Shown here piece after piece: positions 42,396 through 51,947 of a stretch of DNA of 64,000 nt. The translations under genes were made by a program, and so were the position numbers. Every line of letters begins with the position of its first letter. Position 1 is the first letter of the stretch. The stretch is taken from NCBI GenBank assembly GCA_963699545.1, contig CAVOUE010000004.1:96001-160000 (forward strand), read 5' to 3'. Source of the stretch: Nitrospirota bacterium. GTDB taxonomy: Bacteria; Nitrospirota; Thermodesulfovibrionia; Thermodesulfovibrionales; UBA9159. Below the pieces are notes generated by a model. That model was given only the letters and a program-made list of their open reading frames with translations. It did no database searches and was not told the origin of the DNA.

Positions 42396-43661
42396 TTAGT
42401 CTTTCATCTCCGCGGGAACAGGGCACCGGGGGACCTCAGACTGCTCTCTTCTCACCGGCAGGTACCACAGTACCCCGTCCGCAGTCATGCATATGCCTGC
42501 CACAATGAGCAGAGAATCCAGCACCGTTAGTATGCTGAAGCCGAAATACTGCACAAGGCCGAGTCCAAGACTCAGGAAGGAGATGCCCGAACGGATTAAT
42601 GAGAGCCCGGTCCTTGCCCGGGACTGGAGCGTGCGATAACATGCGGCCACGGTGCGCTGCCCTGCCAGGACATTCCTCTCCCGGGCAAGATGGGTGCGCT
42701 CCCTGCTCGCAGGGGACGGGTAGAGTATGGTGGAGTGGCCCGCAAGAAAATCGCCAAGACGCCCGAGCATCGTCTTTTTTGTGGGGACTGCTGTGCCCGC
42801 CTGCTCGATAAAATGATAGTCTTCAAGGAAATGCAGGGTCGCTGCCGTGACTTCCACAAGGGTCTGATGCCCCGGCGGTCTCATTCTAGATCTCCTCACC
42901 TTGAGATAGACGAACAGGCCGTAAGCGCCGATGGAAAAGCCCGCAGCCATCAGCAGCCAGAAGAGAGAAGACGTCGGCAGCAGCCGGTGGGCGCGAACAA
43001 GGGTGTCAGCCATGGCGATCATGCCGAGTCCCCACCTGAGAAGTGCAAGGCCCGTTCTCCCCTTTGCAAGGTCGTTTCTGTAGCATGCGAGCCTGGTCCT
43101 CCACTGGGCCATCGTATTGCGCCAGAAGGCCAGAGCGGTTCTTTCAGTTCCTATGAGGCGTCCCGGTTTTGCATGGAGGAAATCCTGAATGAACCACTCG
43201 ATATCCTCTCCGAGGGCCACTGAGAATTCATACTTCCCTGCCTTGATCGACCTTTTGACCTCATCCCGTACCCCGGGATCTTCGGGATTGTTTGCAACAA
43301 TGACCACCATCTCCCCGTGCCTTATTAGCGGGAACCACTGGCTCATGAAAAGCCTGTCACTGTCAAGTCCCGATAACAGTCCTGGCGGTACCGGCATTCT
43401 CTCATCATATTCCACAAAAGGACATTGATGATGTTCTGAAAGTGCCTGCAGCAGGGCACGGCGGGGAACATGGCAGTCTTTCAAGAGTATCTTCTCAAGG
43501 TCAATCCCTCTCGCCGCAGCCGCATCTTCTGCCCCACGAAGCTCCTTCTCCGTCAGGATGCCCCGGTCCAGCAGAGGGAGAAACCTTTCCGCCTGGGCAC
43601 TCCAGGCGGTTTCCTCCTGGTGAATCCTCGCCGCAGTCCTTGTCACATCAAAGTTCTTCAT
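42396..43661 (-). CDS. T2SSE_N-domain protein with two DUF202-like units
   Basis: PilB-N-like LSEHHQCPFVE..WFPL..ANNP; two RTxLA-heptad/TM units. Confidence 0.75.
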   Translation of the reverse strand: MKNFDVTRTAARIHQEETAWSAQAERFLPLLDRGILTEKELRGAEDAAAARGIDLEKILLKDCHVPRRALLQALSEHHQCPFVEYDERMPVPPGLLSGLDSDRLFMSQWFPLIRHGEMVVIVANNPEDPGVRDEVKRSIKAGKYEFSVALGEDIEWFIQDFLHAKPGRLIGTERTALAFWRNTMAQWRTRLACYRNDLAKGRTGLALLRWGLGMIAMADTLVRAHRLLPTSSLFWLLMAAGFSIGAYGLFVYLKVRRSRMRPPGHQTLVEVTAATLHFLEDYHFIEQAGTAVPTKKTMLGRLGDFLAGHSTILYPSPASRERTHLARERNVLAGQRTVAACYRTLQSRARTGLSLIRSGISFLSLGLGLVQYFGFSILTVLDSLLIVAGICMTADGVLWYLPVRREQSEVPRCPVPAEMKD

Positions 43662-45303
43662 GGCGAAAAACCACCTTTCCCCAATCACACGTGGGTCGGC
43701 CGTAATCAGGGACAACAATCTCCATATCGCCGAAACAATAGGGAAACTGCCCTTTTATTTCGTCTGCCGGGACATGCCAGTGGAGCCCGTCCGCCACGAG
43801 CGCGAGCCCGGCTATGATCAGAAAAGAATCGAAGAGTGTCCATGCGATGTTCCCGGTGCCGAAATATGCCAGAAGTGCCAGCCCCACGCCGGATATGCTC
43901 ATTCCGGTCCTAATGAAAGCCATTCCTGTCCTTGAGCGGGCCATGACCGTGCGGAGTCGTGCCATCACGTTTCTCCTCTCCGCAAGGACGGTCCTTTCAA
44001 GGGCTAATCCCGTTGTTGCCCAGATGCCGGGTGAGCAGGGCCTTGTCAGGGGAAGTGGGGATGATATCCCTTCACCATCGTGTCTTTTGTGAGCAGCGGG
44101 AAAGACAACGTCCCAGATCGTTGTTTTCTCCCCTGTCCTGATGACCGATGCAAAGCTGTCCCTGCCTGCCCGCCGCCCGGGGAGATACCAGTAAAACCCT
44201 TCCATGAGCATCAAAGAGCCCGTAAGGATAAGGGCCGCATAGAAAATCGTCCAGAGGCCCCCGGGGAACTGCCTCAACAGCGCAATCCCAAGTCCGGCGA
44301 AAGCGATCCCCGTCCGTGTAAAAGCAAGTCCTGTGCGGGCGCGTGCCATGATTGTCCGGTAGCATGAAAGGCTTGTCCTTTCCTCAGCGAGATCGGTCCT
44401 GTCGCTGGCCAGGAACCTGCGCCTCATCACCGGTGAAAGATCGCGCCAGCCGGTGCGCAGTACATCTGCACCTTCCACCTGTTCTGTTCTGGTAAACACA
44501 GGGTCACTCCCGGGATTTGAGACTCCGAGGACAGTCGTGCCCCCTGTGGACTCGGTGGAAGCACAATAGAGTTTTTTCCCGGAGATCTTTCTGGCAGGGA
44601 CATACCAGACAAGGCCGTCGACAGTCATAACGACACCAGCCGCGAGAAGCAGGGCCTCAAATATGGTGAGATATCCGATCCCCAAGATTCTCAAGAGCAC
44701 AAGGGCGACTGCCATAAAAGATACGCCTGTGCGGATGAATGCAAGCCCTGTCCTTCCCTTTGACAGGGACGTCCGGTAACATGCCATGAGTGACCGCCTT
44801 TCCGCGAGGAATGTCCTTACCTTGGCGAGGGGCGTCCTGCCCCCCGAGGGAGGAAAATGGGGATTCAGATCATAGCTGTTTTCGATGATCCTGATGAGAT
44901 CAGAGGGCAGGGCAACAATGTAGTCGATCCGGCCAACCTGCAGGGTCTTTCTGATGTCCTCAACCACCAGAGGGTCATCCGGATCATATGTAATTACTTC
45001 AGCCCGTTCCTCCGTCACGGACAGCGGAAACCAGAGGGCGCTTTTTTGCCGCTCCATATCCATGCGTTTGGTGATGAAGTGGGAGGCCGCAATATTCTCG
45101 TCATACTCCATGAAGGGATAGCCGTAATACTCGGACAGGCAGAAGAGCACTTCATGTTTCGGGAGCCCGTGGCCGATCAACACGTCCTCGGGGTATTGCC
45201 CGGAATCTTCAGCTTCCTTCATCAGCCTTTCGAACTCCTCTGACGTAAGAAGTTCCTTTCTTAAGAGTCTTTCAAACTTCCTTTTTTTCATTGTGTTGCA
45301 CAT
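43648..45303 (-). CDS. T2SSE_N-domain protein with three DUF202-like units
   Basis: LSEYYGYPFME..WFPL..YDPDD; three RTGLAFxRTG-type units. Confidence 0.75.
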   Translation of the reverse strand: MCNTMKKRKFERLLRKELLTSEEFERLMKEAEDSGQYPEDVLIGHGLPKHEVLFCLSEYYGYPFMEYDENIAASHFITKRMDMERQKSALWFPLSVTEERAEVITYDPDDPLVVEDIRKTLQVGRIDYIVALPSDLIRIIENSYDLNPHFPPSGGRTPLAKVRTFLAERRSLMACYRTSLSKGRTGLAFIRTGVSFMAVALVLLRILGIGYLTIFEALLLAAGVVMTVDGLVWYVPARKISGKKLYCASTESTGGTTVLGVSNPGSDPVFTRTEQVEGADVLRTGWRDLSPVMRRRFLASDRTDLAEERTSLSCYRTIMARARTGLAFTRTGIAFAGLGIALLRQFPGGLWTIFYAALILTGSLMLMEGFYWYLPGRRAGRDSFASVIRTGEKTTIWDVVFPAAHKRHDGEGISSPLPLTRPCSPGIWATTGLALERTVLAERRNVMARLRTVMARSRTGMAFIRTGMSISGVGLALLAYFGTGNIAWTLFDSFLIIAGLALVADGLHWHVPADEIKGQFPYCFGDMEIVVPDYGRPTCDWGKVVFRHEEL

Positions 45304-45429
45304 CTCTCGACGAAATTAGTCGGCAAAGAAGCAGAGTGGTCAGGAGGGGAAGGTCATAGCGGCTTTCCGATACCTGGTGCTGGTCCTTTGTGATTCTCTT
45401 ATCCTTCGATCACCGGGTCTGTATCGGGC

Positions 45430-45507
45430 TTATGTTCTATCGGGTCTTTTTCCTCTATCTGAAATGGTCTTTCTCAATCCCCTGATGCCCTTTCCAAGCC
45501 CCTCGCC
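45430..45507 (-). pseudogene. tatA: tatA remnant lacking start and TM
   Basis: GEGLGKGIRGLRK amphipathic-helix motif. Confidence 0.5.
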
Positions 45508-45531
45508 GGGCGTGTTGTCAGCCCGAGGGGG

Positions 45532-46431
45532 TCACTTCACCACGAGGATGGGACAGGCGGCATGGGTAATTACCCGTTCTGTGCTGCTGCCCATGATCGC
45601 CTTGTTCACGCCGCTCCAGCCGCATGTTCCCATAACGATGAGATCATTTCCCTGCCTGCCTGCGGTCTCAACTATCTTGTCTCCGGCGTGTCCCTGTTCC
45701 ATGACCGTTGTTATGGACACGCCCTCTCCTGAGGCCAGCTCTTTCGCCTTGTCCAGAATCTTTTGCGCCTCCGCGTGAAGGCTTTTCTCTATGGAAGCGG
45801 TCCTGAAGAACTCCACCATCTCCTCATACCGGGGGATCACGTAGATCGCGGTAATCTCAGCACCATCGAGTTTCGAAAGCTCACAGGCCCTCTTAAGGGC
45901 CTTTTTGCTGAAGTCCGAGCCGTCAAAGGGGACGAGAATGGACCCGTATGTGCCCGTGCATTCAGTACAGGGCTTCTTCACCACGAGGACATCAGTGGTG
46001 GAATTGATAATGACATGGGACGTCACGCTGCCCATGAGGAGTCTGTTCAGTCCCTTCCTCCCGTACGTGCCCAATACAATAAGGTCCGCCTCTTTCCCCT
46101 TTGCGACATCAACAATGACCGTGGGCGGATCGCCCTCGCAGAGCAATGATTGCACTTCTACTCCCCATCCCGACGTGAGCATTTCCTTTGTCTGGACGCA
46201 GACCTTTTCTCCGATCTTGAGACGCTTGTCCAGCTGGTCCGGAGCTATTCCGAATTCCTCTTCATCAAAGAACACCGCATGCACGAGGATGATCTTCCCC
46301 CCGTGCCTCTTGATCCAGTGCGCGGCCTCGGTGAGCGCCGCCTTGCTGGAAATGGATTCATCAAAACCAACGACGATATTCTCATATATGGTGTTCACCG
46401 CTTTATCCACCTGCTGTGCAGATATTCTCAT
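45532..46431 (-). CDS. Tandem universal stress protein
   Basis: Two USP domains (IVLGTYGRKG..MGSV; MGSS..CPILVV). Confidence 0.93.
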   Translation of the reverse strand: MRISAQQVDKAVNTIYENIVVGFDESISSKAALTEAAHWIKRHGGKIILVHAVFFDEEEFGIAPDQLDKRLKIGEKVCVQTKEMLTSGWGVEVQSLLCEGDPPTVIVDVAKGKEADLIVLGTYGRKGLNRLLMGSVTSHVIINSTTDVLVVKKPCTECTGTYGSILVPFDGSDFSKKALKRACELSKLDGAEITAIYVIPRYEEMVEFFRTASIEKSLHAEAQKILDKAKELASGEGVSITTVMEQGHAGDKIVETAGRQGNDLIVMGTCGWSGVNKAIMGSSTERVITHAACPILVVK

Positions 46432-46463
46432 TTTCTTCCGGGGTACGCAAGGGACCCTGCGTA

Positions 46464-47273
46464 TTAGTGCGCCCCGCCTCCTTTCCTGAATACCATGCCT
46501 ACACCGAAACCGGCAGCCAAGGCTGCCATGATCGAGACGATGCCATACAGCGCCCCGTTATTTCTTGCCATGCCCGCGAGGGACTTTACCATGCCGACCT
46601 GCTCCACAGAGACGTGGGTCTCTGCGGTTTCGACCACCTTGTGGTTCTTCACCGCGTATACGGTGATCGTGTAATCGTCCGGACGCGCCTGATAGGGCCA
46701 GTCCAGGAGCACGTAATAGTTCTGACTCCCGTTGTTTTCCGTCAGGTTGATCTTCCCGGATGTCACCGAGTAAAGGGATGACGACTCCTTGAATTTTACG
46801 AACTCACCAAACCACTTCTCTTTTTCTCCCGCATCGGCCACGGGTTCCATTTCAGCATGTTTCGCCAGGGCCGGGTACCCGATCACCTTCTTGTCCATCT
46901 CATCAGTGCTCAGGATGTCCTCGATCTTCCTTGTGCTGTGAAGGGAATAAAGGTTCGGCACCTTGTTAAAGGTCAATTGTCCCACATTCATCCATAACAC
47001 TCCTGCCACCTTGCCCTTCTTGCGCAAGGCCTGTTCCCCTTCAGCAGAAGCGATCTTGATGATAAGGTCAGTGCCGGGATCGGATACGCCTCTCACGCTC
47101 ACTGAACCCCCGTGGTAGAAAAAGTCGATCGAGATATGGTCATGATTTGCCTTTGCGGTGAGTTGCGCCGACGCCCTGTCGGACACGATGAACGTTGACA
47201 GCAGGCAAAGAATGACGGTGCTGAACCATAAAGGTACGTTGAACATTGAACGTTGAACGTTGCAGTTTTCCAT
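46464..47273 (-). CDS. TIGR02186-like membrane protein (TauE partner)
   Basis: Signal, RKKGKVAGVLWMN, C-terminal TM; TAATG coupling to TauE gene. Confidence 0.75.
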   Translation of the reverse strand: MENCNVQRSMFNVPLWFSTVILCLLSTFIVSDRASAQLTAKANHDHISIDFFYHGGSVSVRGVSDPGTDLIIKIASAEGEQALRKKGKVAGVLWMNVGQLTFNKVPNLYSLHSTRKIEDILSTDEMDKKVIGYPALAKHAEMEPVADAGEKEKWFGEFVKFKESSSLYSVTSGKINLTENNGSQNYYVLLDWPYQARPDDYTITVYAVKNHKVVETAETHVSVEQVGMVKSLAGMARNNGALYGIVSIMAALAAGFGVGMVFRKGGGAH

Positions 47274-48187
47274 TAGTGTCCTCCTCCCTGGTAAGAGCAA
47301 CGACGGGCTTAGGGTAAGATCAAAGACCATCTTTACAGTTACCAGAAGCACGATGCCTGCAAGGATTATCTTGAGCTGGTCTGCCTTGAGCTTCCGTCCG
47401 AAGACCGCGCCGACCTGGGCGCCTAAGGTTGAACCGATCAGAAGGAGTACTGCGAGGATAAAATCCACGCTGTGGTTCGTATAAGCCTGAAGAAAGGTGA
47501 CCTCAATGCAGTTAAAGAGGATCTGAAAAAGACTGGTGCCGACGACAACATGCATCGGCATCCTGAGGATATAGACCATCACAGGGACCATCAGAAAACC
47601 GCCTCCTACGCCCATGACAGCAGCAAGGATTCCGACAAAGCCTCCGAAGATGACCGGGACGAGCACGGAATGGGTGACCCCTGATTTTTCAAAACGGGTC
47701 TGCAGAGGAAGAGACTTAAGAAATTTCGCCATGCGCGATTCCTTCTCAGGTGCCGTGTCCTCGATCTTCTTTTTCTTCATGCTCTGAGGCTCTCGATAAA
47801 CATATAGGTGCCCACAATCCCGAGCATCAGCACATAGGTTATCTTTATGACAAAGTCCGCATTGCCCATGGCCTTGAGGATCTTTATGCCCTGGACGCCT
47901 GCAAGACCGCCGGCAAACCCCCCGACCAGGAGATAAAGCCCCATCTTGAAATCAACATTGCCGATCTTCCAGTGGGCATATGTCCCTGAGGTCGATGCAG
48001 CGACGATCTGGTTCGAATCCGTTGCAGCGGCAACGGTTGAGGGTATACCGAACATTATCAGAAGCGGTGTCATAAGAAAACCTCCGCCTACTCCGAAGAG
48101 GCCTGAGAGCAGACCGACTGCGAGGCCCAGCCCCACAGGGATTAAGACGTTAATACTTGTTAATGCTACCGGCAGATAAAGATACAT
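47273..48187 (-). CDS. TauE/SafE family transporter (frameshifts near 47785 and 47295)
   Basis: MYLYLPVA, GVGGGFLMTP, GVGGGFLMVP. Confidence 0.88.
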
Positions 48188-48209
48188 TTATATTCCTCCT
48201 TTTTTCGTT

Positions 48210-48700
48210 CTATGCGACATGCGCATTCTTTGCCATGGTGACAATCGGCCGTGACGCTGTTTTTACCAGCTTGTTAAGTACCTTTGCGTTGACATTCCCG
48301 TCATTGGTGACGCTCGGACTTAGAAGGACCATGTCGATTTTCGCGTTCTGTCTCAGGATATTTTTTATGGCTGAGATCGCGTCCATGGCTGCTGTGCTGA
48401 AATCAACGGCAATGCCTGACTTCGTGCACTTCTCTTTCAAAGGCCAATCTTCTTTTCATAGTCTTCGTTATTCTTTTTGTAGTCCTCACTGATCATTTCC
48501 CTTGCGGTTTTGTGCATGCCGGCCTCGGCAAAGGTGATTGCGGTCATCATGTCGTCGAATTTTTCGAGGACCTTCCTCTTGTAGATCAGCAGTATCTCGA
48601 TGCCGTCATTCATCGTCTTTGCGAGGTCCAGCGCATAGGAGAGACCGTCATCAAAGTTCTCGTCATGATACGTAACAAACAAAAGCTGATTTCTCTTCAT
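48210..48700 (-). CDS. USP-like hypothetical with TFAEAG motif (frameshift near 48440)
   Basis: Two abutting ORFs form one protein; MMTAITFAEAG. Confidence 0.65.
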
Positions 48701-48711
48701 TGTCTTCTCCT

Positions 48712-49131
48712 TTATGCTCCAACTACCAGGACAGGGCAGGGGGCCAGGTCAATGACTTTTTCGACGATATTTTTGCCGAACAGTCTGCTGAACCAGTTTG
48801 TCTTGTTGGTTCCCATGACTATCAGGTCGCATTTTTCATCTTCTGCAACCTCGACGATCTTCTCGGGGACCTCGCCTTCCTCCAGACGCGTCTTCACCAG
48901 GGCGCGTTCGGCCTTTGCAATATCACCTATTACGTGCGATCTCCTTTCTTGCCCCGTTGTCCAGCACGTCACCGATATTCCTGATACCGACAAGATTGAG
49001 ATCTCCCTCATTGGCGGGAACCACCTTTACCACAGTTACCCAGCATTTTTCGTCCTGGGCAAGCTTAATCCTTGGGTAAGGACGTCTTTTGAACCGTTTA
49101 CTGCTATAAGAATTTTTCTATAACCCTTCAT
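48712..49131 (-). CDS. Universal stress protein (frameshifted)
   Basis: MKGYRKILIAVNGS; CDLIVMG, APCPVLVV. Confidence 0.8.
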
Positions 49132-49164
49132 TTCGGCCTCCTCGCTAAATCTATGAGATGTAAT

Positions 49165-49180
49165 TGCAATGCTGATGCCA
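49165..49180 (-). promoter_or_regulatory. Sigma54 -24/-12 promoter
   Basis: TGGCATCAGCATTGCA, GG-N10-GC, 33 nt upstream of first gene. Confidence 0.75.
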
Positions 49181-49449
49181 AGATGTAACTCTATGATTTA
49201 TAGTGATAAAGTTGATTATTGCCTGACTTCAGCGTTTCATATTGGAACTGCGTTGAACAGCTGCTGATCGAAGCTTTGACCGGGCTTCGGTTTAAAAACC
49301 TTTTCATACCGGTGACTTGGCGACGAGGAAGTTCACGCTTCAAAAGGCACTTTAGCGGAAGTTCTGCCAAATTACCGTTTCAATTATGAACATCGTCCTG
49401 TCAGCCGGAAGGGTTGAGTCACATGCGTGATCTACGATAAGATAGACAA

Positions 49450-49995
49450 ATGATCATGACAGGTTCGCAAGGAATTTTGAGGCGTGCGACTTCTCTTTTA
49501 TCCGGGATATGCGTAACCGTTCTCTGTCTGTCCTGTTCGCAGGGGATCGACAGGGAAAGATTTCGGAATGCCGACCGTGTTGCCTCTGACGTGCAGCGTG
49601 CGGTTGTCGATCCTGCCGGCTACCAGCAGGTCGAGGAATTGGTGCAAAGGCTCTCGGACGAGGTAATGGCGCTCCAGGCCAGGGTGAAGTCAAAGAAAGA
49701 GCAGGAGTTGGCAGGGGAATATTCGGCGCTCCTGGGTATGTACCGGGACGGGTTGACGCTGCGGAGGTACCAGACTGAATTCTCCGGCCACGACTTCGTG
49801 CCCAAGGGACTCATCTATGTGGGTCAGGACGTTGAGCCTATCGTGACGAAATACCGACTTCAGACGGAATCGCACGTATTCGGACCGACCCAACAACACT
49901 GGAAGAGCATATCAGAGGATTCGATCCAGGTGATCTGGTATAACGCGGACCAGCAGTTGAAGAGGATAGGGGCGCTCCTCAAGGGAGAAGGCTAG
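49450..49995 (+). CDS. Hypothetical lipoprotein
   Basis: Lipobox-like LCLSC; helical body. Confidence 0.65.
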   Translation: MIMTGSQGILRRATSLLSGICVTVLCLSCSQGIDRERFRNADRVASDVQRAVVDPAGYQQVEELVQRLSDEVMALQARVKSKKEQELAGEYSALLGMYRDGLTLRRYQTEFSGHDFVPKGLIYVGQDVEPIVTKYRLQTESHVFGPTQQHWKSISEDSIQVIWYNADQQLKRIGALLKGEG

Positions 49996-50087
49996 GGAGT
50001 GTTGATTTCTTTCGGTGACTATTCTTTGTGAGGCAACTCATTGCGACTAATATGTACAGATTTTCATTATTTGCTGTATAATATTGT

Positions 50088-50363
50088 ATGAAGTTCGCTT
50101 GGGATGCTCGAAAAAGCGTTGCCAATAGGAGTAAGCATGGCATTGATTTCGAAATCGCTAAAGCACTCTGGCATGACGAAAACAGGATCGAGATCGAGGC
50201 GCCGCATCCTGTAGAGGATAGAAGAATCCTGATCGGGCGTCTTCAGGAGAAGCTCTGGACCGCCGTGTATACTATTCGGGGCGCGTCCACCGTCAGGATT
50301 ATTTCGGTGAGGCGTTCGAGGGATAAGGAGGTTGCATTATATGAAAAAGGAAAGATTGGCTAA
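50088..50363 (+). CDS. brnT: BrnT family toxin
   Basis: FAWDARK..NRSKHGIDFE, RIISVR. Confidence 0.93.
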   Translation: MKFAWDARKSVANRSKHGIDFEIAKALWHDENRIEIEAPHPVEDRRILIGRLQEKLWTAVYTIRGASTVRIISVRRSRDKEVALYEKGKIG

Positions 50364-50610
50364 GAGCGTAAGGGAGTTCGACCGGCGTTTCGATGCGGGC
50401 GAGGATGTTCATGAACTGATCGATATGGAGAAAGCAAAAGTAGTGCGGCACGGGAAGAAAGTCCGGCTGACGATCGACGTCGCAGAGTCCCTGGTGAATG
50501 AACTCGATGAGATACGTCAGAAGATCGGAGTGGACAGAGGCGCCTTAATAAAGATCTGGCTGCATGAGAGGGTGACGCAGGAAAAGGCGACGCGGAAAGC
50601 CAATACTTGA
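50341..50610 (+). CDS. brnA: BrnA/CopG-type antitoxin
   Basis: EFDRRFDAGED, GVDRGALIKIWLHER; overlaps brnT. Confidence 0.85.
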   Translation: MKKERLAKSVREFDRRFDAGEDVHELIDMEKAKVVRHGKKVRLTIDVAESLVNELDEIRQKIGVDRGALIKIWLHERVTQEKATRKANT

Positions 50611-50619
50611 CACTACATG

Positions 50620-50661
50620 GTTGGGAAATACGATTGAGAAAGTGGGATGTGTCCCCAGTTA
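50620..50661 (+). repeat. 42-bp direct repeat, copy 1
   Basis: 39/42 identical to 51799..51840. Confidence 0.95.
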
Positions 50662-50684
50662 ATTTACACTGCATTGTGGCACCA

Positions 50685-51779
50685 ATGAAAATAGATAATA
50701 TTAAGACCAATATCTTCTTCATTTTGCCAATTGCTATGTGGTCGGCATTTTGTGGAAGCCTTCTCAGGAAGCCAAGCCAATTCTCTTCCACAGCTACCCA
50801 TCGGAATGATGTCCTTTTCCCTCTCGTTGTTTTCGCAATAGTCCTGCTTCTCGCCTCTGTAATTGCGATTGGCTGGGCGGGACCTTCGGACGCAATCCAG
50901 AACCCTGGCGTTATCACTTCGCAGCCATCGAATCCGAAGGCAGAAGGCATGAATATAGAGGATGCGAAGCGTGTTCAGAAGTGTCGCGATAAGATTGACA
51001 AGCTGGAAGATCAGATCAAACAGCTCGAAAGAGGCATCGAGCACATGAAGAAGGTTGCGGAGAAGATCAAGCTTGTTGATCGTAAGATAGAAGAACTGCT
51101 GCCGATCATCATACCTATGGTCGGAACCGACCCGCAGAATGTCATGGGCAGGAAGCGCAAAGAGTTTGCAGATATGTTGGCCAACAAGCTGAAGATGGTG
51201 GGCATCAGGCTCGACCCGGGGCAGCTTGAGACCCTGACCAAGTCCATAATGCGCGGTGGTCAAAGCGGCATAGCTGATGCAATGTCTATCTGCTTCCAGA
51301 TTGCCGAGCTATCTGCCGTCCAGGCTATCAAGAACCAAGTCGCCGCGGACAGGGCTTCCGGCAAGAGGGGCGACAACTTCACCGAGGAAGACGCCAGAAC
51401 CGTCTCCGGCGCCATCGACCACTTCAAGAAGGAAGGCACGGTACGGGGTGACCATCGCAACGATCCAGCACACGCGGCCGGCGACCATACTTACGCCAGC
51501 CTGAACAATTCCAAGTCAACCGGTGATTTGGCTACCGCGCAAAAGGACGGCATTGAGATCAGGGGCTTCAGCATCTCACCCGCTGACATTAAGACCGCCT
51601 CAAATATGAGTGGCCAGGGCGCGGTGGTGTACGTATCCGGCGTCATGAACGGCCAGATGAAGGCGAGGCTCACCCAGGTCAACGATGCAATCGACAAGCT
51701 CAAGGGAGCGATTAAGAGCCTGCGCGGCGGGATCCGCAAGCTGGAGCAGGAAATCGAAGATATCGAGAAGGCCAAGTAG
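50685..51779 (+). CDS. Secreted or membrane-anchored coiled-coil protein
   Basis: Hydrophobic segment; heptad repeats at both ends; start uncertain. Confidence 0.65.
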   Translation: MKIDNIKTNIFFILPIAMWSAFCGSLLRKPSQFSSTATHRNDVLFPLVVFAIVLLLASVIAIGWAGPSDAIQNPGVITSQPSNPKAEGMNIEDAKRVQKCRDKIDKLEDQIKQLERGIEHMKKVAEKIKLVDRKIEELLPIIIPMVGTDPQNVMGRKRKEFADMLANKLKMVGIRLDPGQLETLTKSIMRGGQSGIADAMSICFQIAELSAVQAIKNQVAADRASGKRGDNFTEEDARTVSGAIDHFKKEGTVRGDHRNDPAHAAGDHTYASLNNSKSTGDLATAQKDGIEIRGFSISPADIKTASNMSGQGAVVYVSGVMNGQMKARLTQVNDAIDKLKGAIKSLRGGIRKLEQEIEDIEKAK

Positions 51780-51798
51780 GTAAAAAAGAGTCAGAATA

Positions 51799-51840
51799 GT
51801 TGGGAAATACGATCGAGAAAGTGGGATGTGTCTCTAGTTA
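51799..51840 (+). repeat. 42-bp direct repeat, copy 2
   Basis: GTTGGGAAATACGATCGAGAAAGTGGGATGTGTCTCTAGTTA. Confidence 0.95.
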
Positions 51841-51947
51841 TTCTCTGAAACACGCGAGCCTGAAACAAGCGCCGGAGAATCGCGGGTCATGGCAGGCATA
51901 ACAATTTCTGCGGACGTTTTGAACACACCACTAAGGAGAGACAGATT

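Noticed and set aside
47238-47262. TTGAACR heptamer tandem as a phase-variation tract
   Set aside because: Only about three imperfect units in a signal-peptide region
46464-47780. TauE-TIGR02186 fusion ORF
   Set aside because: The alternative frame ends YQGGGH-TAA overlapping the next ATG (TAATG); indel artefact
50620-51840. CRISPR array
   Set aside because: Only two repeats separated by a 1.1-kb gene; no cas genes
51894-51920. Additional attC beginning GCATAAC
   Set aside because: No matching inverted repeat or properly spaced GTT core
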